Shown: positions 20,129-29,876 of the stretch, piece after piece
Layout of the letters: each line of letters opens with the position of its first letter
Position numbering within the stretch: the stretch's first letter is position 1
DNA from: an uncultured virus (IMG/VR IMGVR_UViG_3300037419_002733)
Lineage: Duplodnaviria; Heunggongvirae; Uroviricota; Caudoviricetes
Direction: 5' to 3' (one strand)
IMG/VR virus record: IMGVR_UViG_3300037419_002733
DNA length: 64,000 nucleotides
Notes under the pieces: model-generated
What the model saw: the letters and a program-made list of their open reading frames with translations, nothing else
What the model was told of the DNA's origin: nothing
The model's database searches: none
Program-made: the position numbers and the translations under genes

Positions 20129-20444
20129 AAGCGAGAAGGCGAAGAGGAAGTTCAACGATCTCTTCGCCAAATATCCCACCTACGACGACTCGCAGGGGAG
20201 GGGCAACGTATCGGAATGGTCGCAGCAATGGGAAGCCATGACTCACGACCAAGCCGTCGAGCTCGTGGGCGATCAAAGCCCCCATTCGATCTTGGGAGTG
20301 GGGAAGACAGCAACTTTCGATGAGATCAAGAAAGCATACCGTCAGAAGTCATTGCTGCTCCACCCCGACAAGAATCCGGGGAAGGACACGACTGCCGAGT
20401 TCAAGAAGGTCGTGGCGGCATACGAGTTGCTGACTGGTAAGTAG
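20115..20444 (+). CDS. J-domain (DnaJ-like) protein
   Basis: ILGV..EIKKAYRQKSLLLHPDKNPG..FKKVVAAYELL. Confidence 0.9.
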   Translation: MAKSKSEKAKRKFNDLFAKYPTYDDSQGRGNVSEWSQQWEAMTHDQAVELVGDQSPHSILGVGKTATFDEIKKAYRQKSLLLHPDKNPGKDTTAEFKKVVAAYELLTGK

Positions 20445-20745
20445 AAAGGGAGTTTATGCCACCGACAAAGCTGGAGGATTATCTCGCCACCTTGCCACAA
20501 GGGGAACGTAAGGCGGTCGAGAAGCGAGCCAGGGAACTCTTGCGGGAGATTCGGTCGCGGCAATGCCCCAAGTGCGGGTCCGAAAAAGTGTGCGGCAACA
20601 CCACCAATCCCGATAACTTCATGTGTCGGGATTGTAAGTGGGAGTGGAGCATCGGCGATCCGCTCCATACCAAGAATCCATAATAGCCGGACGTACCCTC
20701 AACGGCACGGACATTCCATTTTCTAGCGTCGGAGGGATTTAATTA

Positions 20746-21858
20746 ATGATCATATCGCAACCAGAGCGTTTCTTCCCTGAGGCGTTGAAACTCACTCGCG
20801 AGCAGCGACAATGGCTCGCGAGTCGGAAGAACCCCAACAGCCCGTTCTACTCGATCGTCGGCAACCAAGCTGCCGTCGAGCAAGCTGAGTTGGTTGTTTA
20901 CCAGGCGAGTGGACGCCCGAACCACCGGATCAGCGACATCAACATTGCCTGGACGGGTCCGGCTGGCGTCGGCAAGACCATGTTTGCCCGCGCCATCGCC
21001 AAAGCTCTGGAACTCCCGTTCGTCGAGATCGACCCGCAGAGCGTGACTCGCCCCGAAGATATCTTCAGCAAGATTCAAGCCGTGCTCGAAGAGACGATCA
21101 TCGACGACAAGCCGCCGATCAGCCTCGCCATGCGGCAACAGGAGGATGACAGTTGGTTCGCCCCGAGTTGCGTGGTCTTCATCGACGAGGTTCACCAACT
21201 CTCCAGCAAGTTGGTCCAGGCGCTCTTGCGCGCGACCGATGTGAAGACTCACGTCCTGGAAGGCAGGACGATGAAGCTCAACACCCAAGCGATCCAGTGG
21301 CAGTTCGCCACCACCGATCGCGGGCTGCTCTTCGACGCCTTCGACACCCGGTTCATGAAGATCGAACTGAAGCCATACACCAAGAAGGAAATCGCCCAGA
21401 TCGTCCAGATACACAACGACGACCTTCCCATGGATGCGTGTGAGCGGATCGCGAGCTATTACTACCTCGTGACTCGTGAAGCCCTTCAGGCGGCAACCCG
21501 CGTGAAGTGGGAACGGGATATGCGGGGCGTCTCCTGGACCGATGCGGTCGAGGCGGTCCGAATCCGCGATGGCATCGACCAGTTCGGCTTGTCCGAGAAG
21601 CGGCTGAGGGTTTTGAAGGCGCTTGGTCACGGCAAGAAGAGCATCGCCAGTCTGGCGAGTGCGGCGGGCGTCAAGGTGGAAGAGATGGAGAAGTTCATCC
21701 TGCCGCCAATGATGACCTTCAGTAATGATTTCGAGCCGCTCGTCGAAACCGGTGCGGGCGGTCGATATATTACAGCGGCGGGACTTCGCGAATTGGATCG
21801 GCGAGGCATCCCCACAGCCGGACGGTCCGCTCTCCCCAAATTCGCGGTGGTGTCGTAA
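20746..21858 (+). CDS. ruvB: RuvB-like Holliday junction AAA+ ATPase
   Basis: GPAGVGKT, FIDEVHQL, ATT..GLL..RF, C-terminal GIDQFGL..GRYIT winged helix. Confidence 0.85.
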   Translation: MIISQPERFFPEALKLTREQRQWLASRKNPNSPFYSIVGNQAAVEQAELVVYQASGRPNHRISDINIAWTGPAGVGKTMFARAIAKALELPFVEIDPQSVTRPEDIFSKIQAVLEETIIDDKPPISLAMRQQEDDSWFAPSCVVFIDEVHQLSSKLVQALLRATDVKTHVLEGRTMKLNTQAIQWQFATTDRGLLFDAFDTRFMKIELKPYTKKEIAQIVQIHNDDLPMDACERIASYYYLVTREALQAATRVKWERDMRGVSWTDAVEAVRIRDGIDQFGLSEKRLRVLKALGHGKKSIASLASAAGVKVEEMEKFILPPMMTFSNDFEPLVETGAGGRYITAAGLRELDRRGIPTAGRSALPKFAVVS

Positions 21859-22622
21859 TGACGAAGACTAAGACACACTTTTCTGTAAATACGATTAATG
21901 ATGCTCTCAGAAAGGGCATCGTCCCCTGGTCGCGGTCGTTCCGCCTCGGGCAATTCTGCGGCTTGCCGATGAACTGTATCACCGGGGAAGTCTTCACGGG
22001 TATAATGCCGTGGATTCTCGAAACCGTAGCGATTGAACGAGGCTACCAAAGCCGGTGCTGGGGTAAGAAAACCGAGTGGGAATGCCTGGAAGGCAAGGTT
22101 GATCGGGCGTCGGGCGTCCTCATCGTCCAAGGCGGGCGTGAAGTCGCCTGGTTCAACCGTGACGCGGTCGACGTCGCTTACCCGGAGCCTGAGTCGTCTG
22201 CCGCCTACGACACGGCACAGAGGCTTGTAGAGGCTTCTGGGGCATGGGTGAAGGAATCGCCGAATCCCCGCTATCTTCTGGCGAAGAATCGGGTAGACTG
22301 GATCGCGATGCCGCGACAGGAGCATTTCCTGGACGGTGTCAATGCTTACTGGTTTACTTATTTTCATGAGATGATCCATTGGGCGTCCCTGCATCCCGAT
22401 CGCGTGGGGTGGGAGGGGACGGATCGGTCGCAGTGGGAACTCATCGCGGACTTAGGAGCCGCAATATTGATGGATTATTGCGATTTGCCGATCGACACGA
22501 ATGTCGTAGATCAAGACCATCTGCCGAATTGGATTGCTGGCATCGATGCCGATGAGACCTATTTCATCGATGCGTGTTCGGTGTCGCACCAAGCGGCGAA
22601 CTATCTGCTGTCCAAGGTGTGA
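21858..22622 (+). CDS. ardC: ArdC-like antirestriction/ssDNA-binding protein
   Basis: VPWSR..PMNCITGEVFTGI; FHEMIHW..ELIADLGAA zincin-like domain. Confidence 0.8.
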   Translation: MTKTKTHFSVNTINDALRKGIVPWSRSFRLGQFCGLPMNCITGEVFTGIMPWILETVAIERGYQSRCWGKKTEWECLEGKVDRASGVLIVQGGREVAWFNRDAVDVAYPEPESSAAYDTAQRLVEASGAWVKESPNPRYLLAKNRVDWIAMPRQEHFLDGVNAYWFTYFHEMIHWASLHPDRVGWEGTDRSQWELIADLGAAILMDYCDLPIDTNVVDQDHLPNWIAGIDADETYFIDACSVSHQAANYLLSKV

Positions 22623-22677
22623 GAGCGTAGCGAATCATCATTCCGCCCCATTCAACTCAACGCATGAGGTGTTGCTT

Positions 22678-23319
22678 ATGAGCGAGATTGACAAGAGCCA
22701 GTTCGCGGTGGTGATGATCGGCAATCCCAAGTTCTCTCGCTACGCGATCATGGACAAGCGGCAGGACTATTGCGAGACCCGGTTCTGGCGGGGTGACTCG
22801 GAATGCCCCTGGACTTCGGCGCAGCATCTCGCGATGAAGTTCGCTGACTTCGGATCGGCGGATGATGCGATCAGGGACGTGATTGCGCATGAGTACAAGG
22901 ATGCTCCGGTCAAGGAATTCGTCCTGCCCCTGAAGTTCCAGGTGTTCGGTGATACGACTCCGGAGCAGGTCAAGGCATACATCGCCAAAACCTTGAGCTT
23001 CATGCTCGACTACAAGTCGCACGGGATGGGACCGACTCCCGATAGCGTGATGCTGGTTAACACGAATCTGAACGACCTGGAGGATGCTACGTCCCTCTCG
23101 TCACACCCGGAGCAATTGCGACCACACCAGAAGGTCAAGATACTGACTGGTCCATACCGGGGACTGAAGGGGATGGTGACTCGCATCAAGAGTCGTCAGC
23201 CCGTGAAGGTGGTCGCAGTTCGCGTCACCATCTGGGATCAGACCAAGATGGTTGACTTCGAGCCGTGGCAGTTGGGGCTGGACGAAGACGCGACCAAATC
23301 CAAGGAGCCTCTCTCATGA
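22678..23319 (+). CDS. Hypothetical protein with C-terminal NusG-like KOW domain
   Basis: KVKILTGPYRGLKGMVTRI..VRVTIWDQTKMVDFEPWQL. Confidence 0.7.
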   Translation: MSEIDKSQFAVVMIGNPKFSRYAIMDKRQDYCETRFWRGDSECPWTSAQHLAMKFADFGSADDAIRDVIAHEYKDAPVKEFVLPLKFQVFGDTTPEQVKAYIAKTLSFMLDYKSHGMGPTPDSVMLVNTNLNDLEDATSLSSHPEQLRPHQKVKILTGPYRGLKGMVTRIKSRQPVKVVAVRVTIWDQTKMVDFEPWQLGLDEDATKSKEPLS

Positions 23320-23688
23320 ACTGCCAGGGTTGTGGTACTTCTGGGGTGAAACTATACCCCATCGATTGTGAACCTATCGCGACCGACGTTCCCTGGAAGA
23401 AAGTCAAAGTATGCGCGGAGTGTATTGCGAAACTCGATGCGGACATGTGGATCAGTGAGCGGTGTTGGGCAGCCATTGATCCCGTTGTTCCGTTCGAGTC
23501 TCTCCCTGACAACACGACTAAAACCAAGGATGTGAAGTCATAAAAATCGCAGGGGGAAATCATCGGTTTCAATCGCAAGAACAAGGGTAAAGGGCGGGTT
23601 GAGGCTTTGGTTAAGCTTGATTGGGGGTGGACAAAGCAACTTCCCGCTCAATGCGTTGCAAAAACTTTGACTAATCAAGAGTTGCTGC

Positions 23689-24486
23689 TCAGTTAGGCGG
23701 CAACTCTTCAGCGTTTTTTCTCAGTCTTTCCAGGCTTAAATCTACGTATTCTTGATTTAAATCTATGCCTATATATTTTCGTTTCAAATTTTGGGCAGCG
23801 ATTAGCGTTTGTCCTGATCCGCAAAAAGGGTCGAGCACTAAGTCATTGGCTTCGCTATAGACATTAATTAATTGAGATGGTAGACTTGTAGGGTACATTG
23901 CCGGATGCATTACACCTCGGGGTAAGGTCCCTATATGAGCTATGAGAAGGTCGGTAACTCGCGATACGCCAGACTCCACCGACCAAACCTGACCACTGTG
24001 TAGTACATCCAAGCCAAATCTAGGCGAACCGGCAAATCCGATACGCGAAGATGAAGAACCTCCAGCCTTTAGATCACAATATGGTTGTCGCGATAGAGAA
24101 TACCACAATATGCTTTCCCAAACTCGACGAGGACGTTTGATGCTGCCCAAGGGAGGTGCATCCGGCTTGTGCCAGATCAATTCTTCACACTCGATGTAAC
24201 CTAGTTCTCGAATGGCTAAACGTGTTTTTAGCACGTAATCAGACAACTCTCCTCGTCGGAGATGAGGTCGAATATTCATGAAAATTGATCCGTCTGGTTT
24301 CATCTTAGGACGCAAAGCAGAGAAGACTGATGCCATCCATGATGGGTATTCTGATTCGGAAACACCGTCATACAACCCTGACCTTTGTTGGGCATAGGGA
24401 GGGGAGAAGACAGCCAATCTTACCGAAGCATCAAGTAGTGAGTTGATGCCGGTTTCGCAATCTGTACACAGGACACAATTTTCCAT
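23689..24486 (-). CDS. DNA amino-methyltransferase (N4-C/N6-A, beta class)
   Basis: FSPPY near the N-terminus, HPAMYP, VLDPFCGSG near the C-terminus. Confidence 0.92.
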   Translation of the reverse strand: MENCVLCTDCETGINSLLDASVRLAVFSPPYAQQRSGLYDGVSESEYPSWMASVFSALRPKMKPDGSIFMNIRPHLRRGELSDYVLKTRLAIRELGYIECEELIWHKPDAPPLGSIKRPRRVWESILWYSLSRQPYCDLKAGGSSSSRIGFAGSPRFGLDVLHSGQVWSVESGVSRVTDLLIAHIGTLPRGVMHPAMYPTSLPSQLINVYSEANDLVLDPFCGSGQTLIAAQNLKRKYIGIDLNQEYVDLSLERLRKNAEELPPN

Positions 24487-24602
24487 AATGTAAAAGAGTA
24501 ATTTCAGACCAATCCTTTGCTGCTAATCGAAGGATTGGTTTATAAAAATTCTTTCACATTTTACAATCCAAGATTGACTTTAGGTTTCCAGGAATGTGAC
24601 AA

Positions 24603-26954
24603 ATGAACATTTGCTCATCGAGGTTTCAATTTCAGAACGAAAAATCGGTTGACAAAAATGTGGAAACAATCAAGGAATACCTAGCTTGGGTGTGCCAGAC
24701 GCTCAATGCTGTTACTGATAGAATTGGTCTTGATTGCGGATTTGGAGTCGAAGACCCAGATTTTATTGCAAAAAAGGTGTCCGATAGTGATGGGGGAAAT
24801 TTGTTTCTACAAGGGAAAGGTGAACGGCTGTATGAGGAAACATGTCAGACCGTTCTCGAAGTGATTAAATCCATTATCCAAGGGAACAGTGTGGCATTGA
24901 TTGGCGCAGTTCAAAGTGGAAAATCCACGGTGATTTCTGCTTGCTATGATTTTCTCTCTCCCATTTTGTATCTTACAAGCAAAAAGACTCGGCGTTCTTT
25001 TTCCATGATTTGGTTGCCGAATAATCTAGGCATGGAAAAGCAAAGTCAACAGAAGTACAAATTATTTTCCGAACTTCATCGTTACATTACCATTGGAAAT
25101 GGTAATGGATACATCGAAGTCAACCAATACATGCAGGAATCCAGAAGGGAATTCAATGCTGCTTTTCAAAAAATCCATCAACAGGACGTTGGACAACTCA
25201 ATACAAATGTGATGGTCCATACGTCTCCTGCGATGATGCTTCGGCGGACTCACGGGCAGGCGATGCAGAACTATGTTCGTGCCATTCTCACTGTATGTGT
25301 GCGAAATGGTTGGAGCATGCCATTTTTCGTTGATGAATCGCATATTGCTATGAAAAATGGAAGTTCCACCGATAATCTTTGTTCGAGTCCCATCATGGAA
25401 GACAAAGAAGATAAAGAATTGTCCAATATGGTCAATACGGTTTACGATTTGGTCTCGTCTGATGATGTGAAAAAACAATTTCCTTGGATCGCCGTCAGCG
25501 CTACCAATTACACTTTTGGAAAGTGCAGTGGGTTTAAGCAGGTCTACATGAAAATTGGCAAAAACTATGGTGGGAATGGATTTTTACGTGGCAGAGACAT
25601 CGATCCTGACGCTGTAAAAAAAGGATATATCACCCAGCCTAAAGTTAGGTCTGTTTCAGAAATCGCCGACATGTCCGGTGATGCATCATTGATGGATATT
25701 GATAGGCGATCCTACAATGAAGTGGCGAGTTGGCTTTCTAAGATCAACTTTGAACAACTCAAATCGCATATTGGTCGCAGTGCGGCAATTGAAATCGCAA
25801 GTAAACCGACTTTGATCGCGCGACGGCGACTGGCAAAAAAGTACATCGGACGACGCTCGGTCATTAATGCGCACAAAGCGTATCAAGAAGATATGGTGAA
25901 AGCCCTTGCTAGGTTGATCCGCTGGATTCTTATTACAGGAAGACCTCAGCCCGAGAACAAGGGATTGATTCTTCGGTGGGAAAACAACAATGAAAAAATG
26001 AAATTCTTGGTTGATAACTTTTTGCGACCAGAATTCGAAGGCGAATTGGATTTTATCGACTACCATGGGAATATTGCTCAGACACCTGTTGCTTTGATCG
26101 GCAATAGAAATCGTCCGTATGTGGTGGTAGTTACGGGACATGGACGTTACCAAGAATCGTACCCTGCTGATTGCGCTTACGGGATTGATTTTAGTCCTGA
26201 AGTGTACCGCCGATCCACGTTCATTCAAGGGATTCCTGGTCGTATTTCGGGATACAACAAAAAACCTTTCCTCGTGGTTCCGGATGGAGTTGCCGAGTGG
26301 TATCATACACAATTCTTTCCAACCAAAGATGATCCATCTAATACCGAAGCAGATGTAAATACGATTACCGAAAAGAGACGTTCTTGTCGACCTATTTTGG
26401 AACTGAATTGCCAGGATGCCAAAAGCATTCCTCTCTATAGAGAATACCACAAGAACCTCGAAAAATACGTCAATGAGACTTGGTCGCAATCGAAAAACAC
26501 TCGCATTTGCGCTTCTTCCAATATTCCGGTTGATCTTTTAAAGATTTTGCCGGTTGATCTTTGGCGAATGATCGAAGAAGAACCGTTTAGATTTGATTCG
26601 ACTTTCAACCCAGGTACGAAAGTTTGTCTGCTTCTTCCGGGAGAGGAAGATTCGCATCTTGGACGACCATATGGAACATATAGAACCAATGGCTACACTA
26701 AGTATGCCCTAAGAAGACTCACAGAAACTTCCTCAGATACAGCTAACCGTACGGGTACTCGCAAAAAAGAAGAATACCAGGTCGAAAACGGTTACCAACT
26801 TCATTTCCATTACAAATTGGTAAATGGCAAGATCAGTATAGAATGTATTATATTTCGACTTACTGAAATGACTGAGTATGATACGCCCAGAGTCATGACT
26901 CTTAAGTCTGGCTGTGTTCCTGATAGTTTTGACCAAAAGATGAGGAGGGCATGA
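24603..26954 (+). CDS. Large SF2-helicase-like/Z1-type NTPase protein
   Basis: GAVQSGKS Walker A, VDESH Walker B, VSAT motif III, IQG..GR..GY motif VI-like; AT-rich. Confidence 0.6.
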   Translation: MNICSSRFQFQNEKSVDKNVETIKEYLAWVCQTLNAVTDRIGLDCGFGVEDPDFIAKKVSDSDGGNLFLQGKGERLYEETCQTVLEVIKSIIQGNSVALIGAVQSGKSTVISACYDFLSPILYLTSKKTRRSFSMIWLPNNLGMEKQSQQKYKLFSELHRYITIGNGNGYIEVNQYMQESRREFNAAFQKIHQQDVGQLNTNVMVHTSPAMMLRRTHGQAMQNYVRAILTVCVRNGWSMPFFVDESHIAMKNGSSTDNLCSSPIMEDKEDKELSNMVNTVYDLVSSDDVKKQFPWIAVSATNYTFGKCSGFKQVYMKIGKNYGGNGFLRGRDIDPDAVKKGYITQPKVRSVSEIADMSGDASLMDIDRRSYNEVASWLSKINFEQLKSHIGRSAAIEIASKPTLIARRRLAKKYIGRRSVINAHKAYQEDMVKALARLIRWILITGRPQPENKGLILRWENNNEKMKFLVDNFLRPEFEGELDFIDYHGNIAQTPVALIGNRNRPYVVVVTGHGRYQESYPADCAYGIDFSPEVYRRSTFIQGIPGRISGYNKKPFLVVPDGVAEWYHTQFFPTKDDPSNTEADVNTITEKRRSCRPILELNCQDAKSIPLYREYHKNLEKYVNETWSQSKNTRICASSNIPVDLLKILPVDLWRMIEEEPFRFDSTFNPGTKVCLLLPGEEDSHLGRPYGTYRTNGYTKYALRRLTETSSDTANRTGTRKKEEYQVENGYQLHFHYKLVNGKISIECIIFRLTEMTEYDTPRVMTLKSGCVPDSFDQKMRRA

Positions 26955-26955
26955 G

Positions 26956-27888
26956 ATGAGTATCCCATATGACGGGGGAGGCAAAATTAAAGCAGATATC
27001 AGAAAAAAGGCGTCACCTACGGCAAGGAAAAAAAATGTTCTGATGCTGCCAGCAATTAATTGCTGTTGTGTCGAAGAATTCCAAAGACAAGGATTCTTCA
27101 GTAAGGAGACCAATTTCATCATCGTCGAAAGAGATAAAGCGGTCATGCCAAGGATACAAGAAAAATTAAAACATCTTGGAATTCATCAATATTTTCTTTT
27201 TCAAGGTTCTCTCGACCAACTACATATTCCGTGTAGCTTGGATTATGCCTACATAGATCTTATGGGAATGCCTGATCGAAAGATCGCGAATTGGATCAAG
27301 GATCAACTTAGGCATAATTTAGAACCAAATGCCGAACTAGCTTTTACTTTTAATACGGGAATTAGAAATAGTCAGTTTCCAAAGCAACTTCAATCCAAAA
27401 TCAATCAAAATTCTATAATGTATGCCCAATGTTGTGAATATGCCCATCAAATTGGATGTTGTGATATTTGGACTGCCAGATACGCATTTTTACTAAAATG
27501 GCTTCTGCAAGGACTCCAGTACGATTTGGAAATCGGAAAGCCATATATCGATAAAGTTCAGCCTATGACACTTATGGTTTGCCGGAATATCAGACCCGAT
27601 TCTTCGGCAACAGATTACGATCTCACAGAGATTCTGGCGAATCCCAAACCGGACATTTACAACGATTCACGATGGGAGACGATTACAGTCATGACCAATC
27701 AACCAACCGTGGCGAGCAACGTCATTGAGACGATCCTGAACGCTAAAACCCCGGCTCAACGAGCGCGCGCTACTAGGTTGCTCAACAAGTACACACAAGA
27801 GCGTGTTGCCCAAGGCTATTCGGAGAAGGGTGTTCGAGCCGCAATCCAGGCACATGTCACCCGTCGGAAGGAGACTCTTGAAATTTAA
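26956..27888 (+). CDS. Hypothetical protein, possible SAM-methyltransferase-like fold
   Basis: FIIVERD and LDYAYIDLMG resemble Rossmann MTase strands. Confidence 0.5.
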   Translation: MSIPYDGGGKIKADIRKKASPTARKKNVLMLPAINCCCVEEFQRQGFFSKETNFIIVERDKAVMPRIQEKLKHLGIHQYFLFQGSLDQLHIPCSLDYAYIDLMGMPDRKIANWIKDQLRHNLEPNAELAFTFNTGIRNSQFPKQLQSKINQNSIMYAQCCEYAHQIGCCDIWTARYAFLLKWLLQGLQYDLEIGKPYIDKVQPMTLMVCRNIRPDSSATDYDLTEILANPKPDIYNDSRWETITVMTNQPTVASNVIETILNAKTPAQRARATRLLNKYTQERVAQGYSEKGVRAAIQAHVTRRKETLEI

Positions 27889-27958
27889 TTTCCGAATTGC
27901 GATAATAACCGGACGCATCCTTAGTGGCGGGTAACTCGACTATTCGGAGACGCCTCAG

Positions 27959-28513
27959 ATGGCTACCAAACCCGCTGGCAGGTATCACGCGATAACGCGG
28001 AAGGAGATCGAAGCGGTCCTTCTGCCAATGAAGTTCAAGCTGCTCAACAACCCGAACGATTCGTCGCGGTTATCCTGGCCCGACGATCTCCGCAACGCCA
28101 ACGTCACGGAATTGGTCTACGGCTGTCGGGTGGCTCCGCACTCCACGAGGTTCTGCGTCCGCGTCTACTCCGGGATCTGGCTCGCCGGGCATTCCCGTGG
28201 TGTGGGCGAGGATGCCATCCGGGTCCTGATGGTCTGGCTCGACATCGAGCCGTACGAGTCGGGCGAGTCCGAGAAGCCCATCGTTAAGATCGTCGGCACG
28301 ACCAAGCGGGTCCATCGCATCAAGACGTGGGCGACCAACCTCAAGTCGCGGATCTGCCAATGGGAGGAACTCCAAGGTCCCACCTGTCCTAAGTGCGGCA
28401 AACCGACAATTGAGCGCGAACGGAAGCGGGACAAGAAGAAGTTCTGGTCTTGTATCGGCTACCGCGTCGATGGACCCGACCACGGCTGCGACTTCACCGC
28501 AAACATCACATGA
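27959..28513 (+). CDS. Hypothetical protein with topoisomerase-type C4 zinc ribbon
   Basis: CPKCGK..KKFWSCIGY..C. Confidence 0.75.
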   Translation: MATKPAGRYHAITRKEIEAVLLPMKFKLLNNPNDSSRLSWPDDLRNANVTELVYGCRVAPHSTRFCVRVYSGIWLAGHSRGVGEDAIRVLMVWLDIEPYESGESEKPIVKIVGTTKRVHRIKTWATNLKSRICQWEELQGPTCPKCGKPTIERERKRDKKKFWSCIGYRVDGPDHGCDFTANIT

Positions 28514-28829
28514 CCTACGGAGAGACAATGAAGAAGTATAGGACCACGGGGCATGCCTTCCCATTCCAGTGGGAAGATATCATTCCCCAAGATACGAACA
28601 GCGACCTTCCCTCGTTCACGATTATGACCCGGAGCGAGTTCGACGACCAGGTCGACAAGGAAGGGTTCGACGAGGACATCAACTGGCATGACGTCGTGGT
28701 AGATGCTCCCGAGATCACCAAAGCCCTCGCAATTAAAGCCATTGCCGAGCGGCTAAAAGTTCCCATCGAACAGATCAACATCGTCGAATGTTAATCCGGC
28801 GATAACGACTCCAGACCAGGCATCACTGT

Positions 28830-28881
28830 ATCGCGGCTCCGCTGATACTTCAACATCGGCAAAAGAGCCGCGATTCTTCTT
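28830..28881 (+). terminator. Hairpin/terminator
   Basis: ATCGCGGCTC..GAGCCGCGAT 10-bp stem with inner GCTGAT/ATCGGC stem, then TCTTCTT. Confidence 0.55.
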
Positions 28882-28895
28882 AGGAGCGTAGATAG

Positions 28896-29624
28896 ATGAC
28901 ATCGCTTGTTGTGATTGGACTGATGGCAGTTGGCTTATCGGAGACCGTGACGATCAAGGACGTGTTGAACAGCAACACGGTCGTAGTCCAGACCGCTGCC
29001 GAACCCAATCTCTGGGTCTCGTTGCTGGGCGTCGGCACACCCGACACGATCGACCCCCGTAAACCAAAGCATCTTTTCGCCCTGGCAAAGGAAGATCTTG
29101 GCTGGACCAGGGTCTACCTCAAAGAAGGTAGCCAGGCGCGGATGGAACGGATGGGAACTACGAGGACCGGCAGACCGCTAGTGTTACTGTTCCGGTTGTC
29201 GGACGGGTTATGTTGGAACGAATGGCTGATACGGTCGGGAGGAGCGTTCTTCACCACGACCGACAAGGTCAATTACGCCGACCAAGAATCGGCGGCGCGA
29301 GCGGCACGGTTAGGCGTCTGGGCTTCATTGCCGGAACCGTCCATCAAAAAACCGGAAGAATCCGTCACAACCAGACGCCCTCAAATGACATTCACGGGCG
29401 TTCCTGGAGGCAATGCCATTTATCGTCGGAGGCGATACGCCCGCCAGGATTGGTCTCAGTTTGACATGATGATGAACTCAATGATGAGTATGCCAACCTA
29501 CGGGGGTGTCAACCCTAACCAAATATATGTTGGTTCTTACACTAGGAGCGACGGCACTTTTGTGCGAGGGCATATGAGAACCATGCCCAACAGCACAACG
29601 CTCGACAACCTTGGGCGCAGGTGA
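28896..29624 (+). CDS. Thermonuclease (SNase)-like secreted protein, diverged
   Basis: VLNSNTV..LLGVGTP..GRPL..NEWLIRSGGA..ARAARLGVW; C-term YVGSYTRSDGTFVRGHMRT; catalytic Asp positions appear substituted. Confidence 0.65.
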   Translation: MTSLVVIGLMAVGLSETVTIKDVLNSNTVVVQTAAEPNLWVSLLGVGTPDTIDPRKPKHLFALAKEDLGWTRVYLKEGSQARMERMGTTRTGRPLVLLFRLSDGLCWNEWLIRSGGAFFTTTDKVNYADQESAARAARLGVWASLPEPSIKKPEESVTTRRPQMTFTGVPGGNAIYRRRRYARQDWSQFDMMMNSMMSMPTYGGVNPNQIYVGSYTRSDGTFVRGHMRTMPNSTTLDNLGRR

Positions 29625-29876
29625 TCTGATTCCCAAAACAAGGACCATTCCTATGGCACGTCCTCGGAAAACGACTCCCAAGGTCTCTGCAAAGAACTTT
29701 GGGAGTCCTCTGTCAGCCAACGACCAATTCGTCTGGGAAGAGCGTGCCGCGATCCGGGAGTTCTGCGGCAATCAAGACCGAGAGAGTGCCGAGAAAGCTG
29801 CTTGGGTCGATGTCTTCGGCGAGTCGTCCAAGCAGCAAGGTACCTTATTCACATTCAGCCACAGACATTGTTAGAG

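Noticed and set aside
22637..22650. TCATTCCGCCCC resembling the CRISPR repeat
   Set aside because: Too short and lacks the hairpin and handle.
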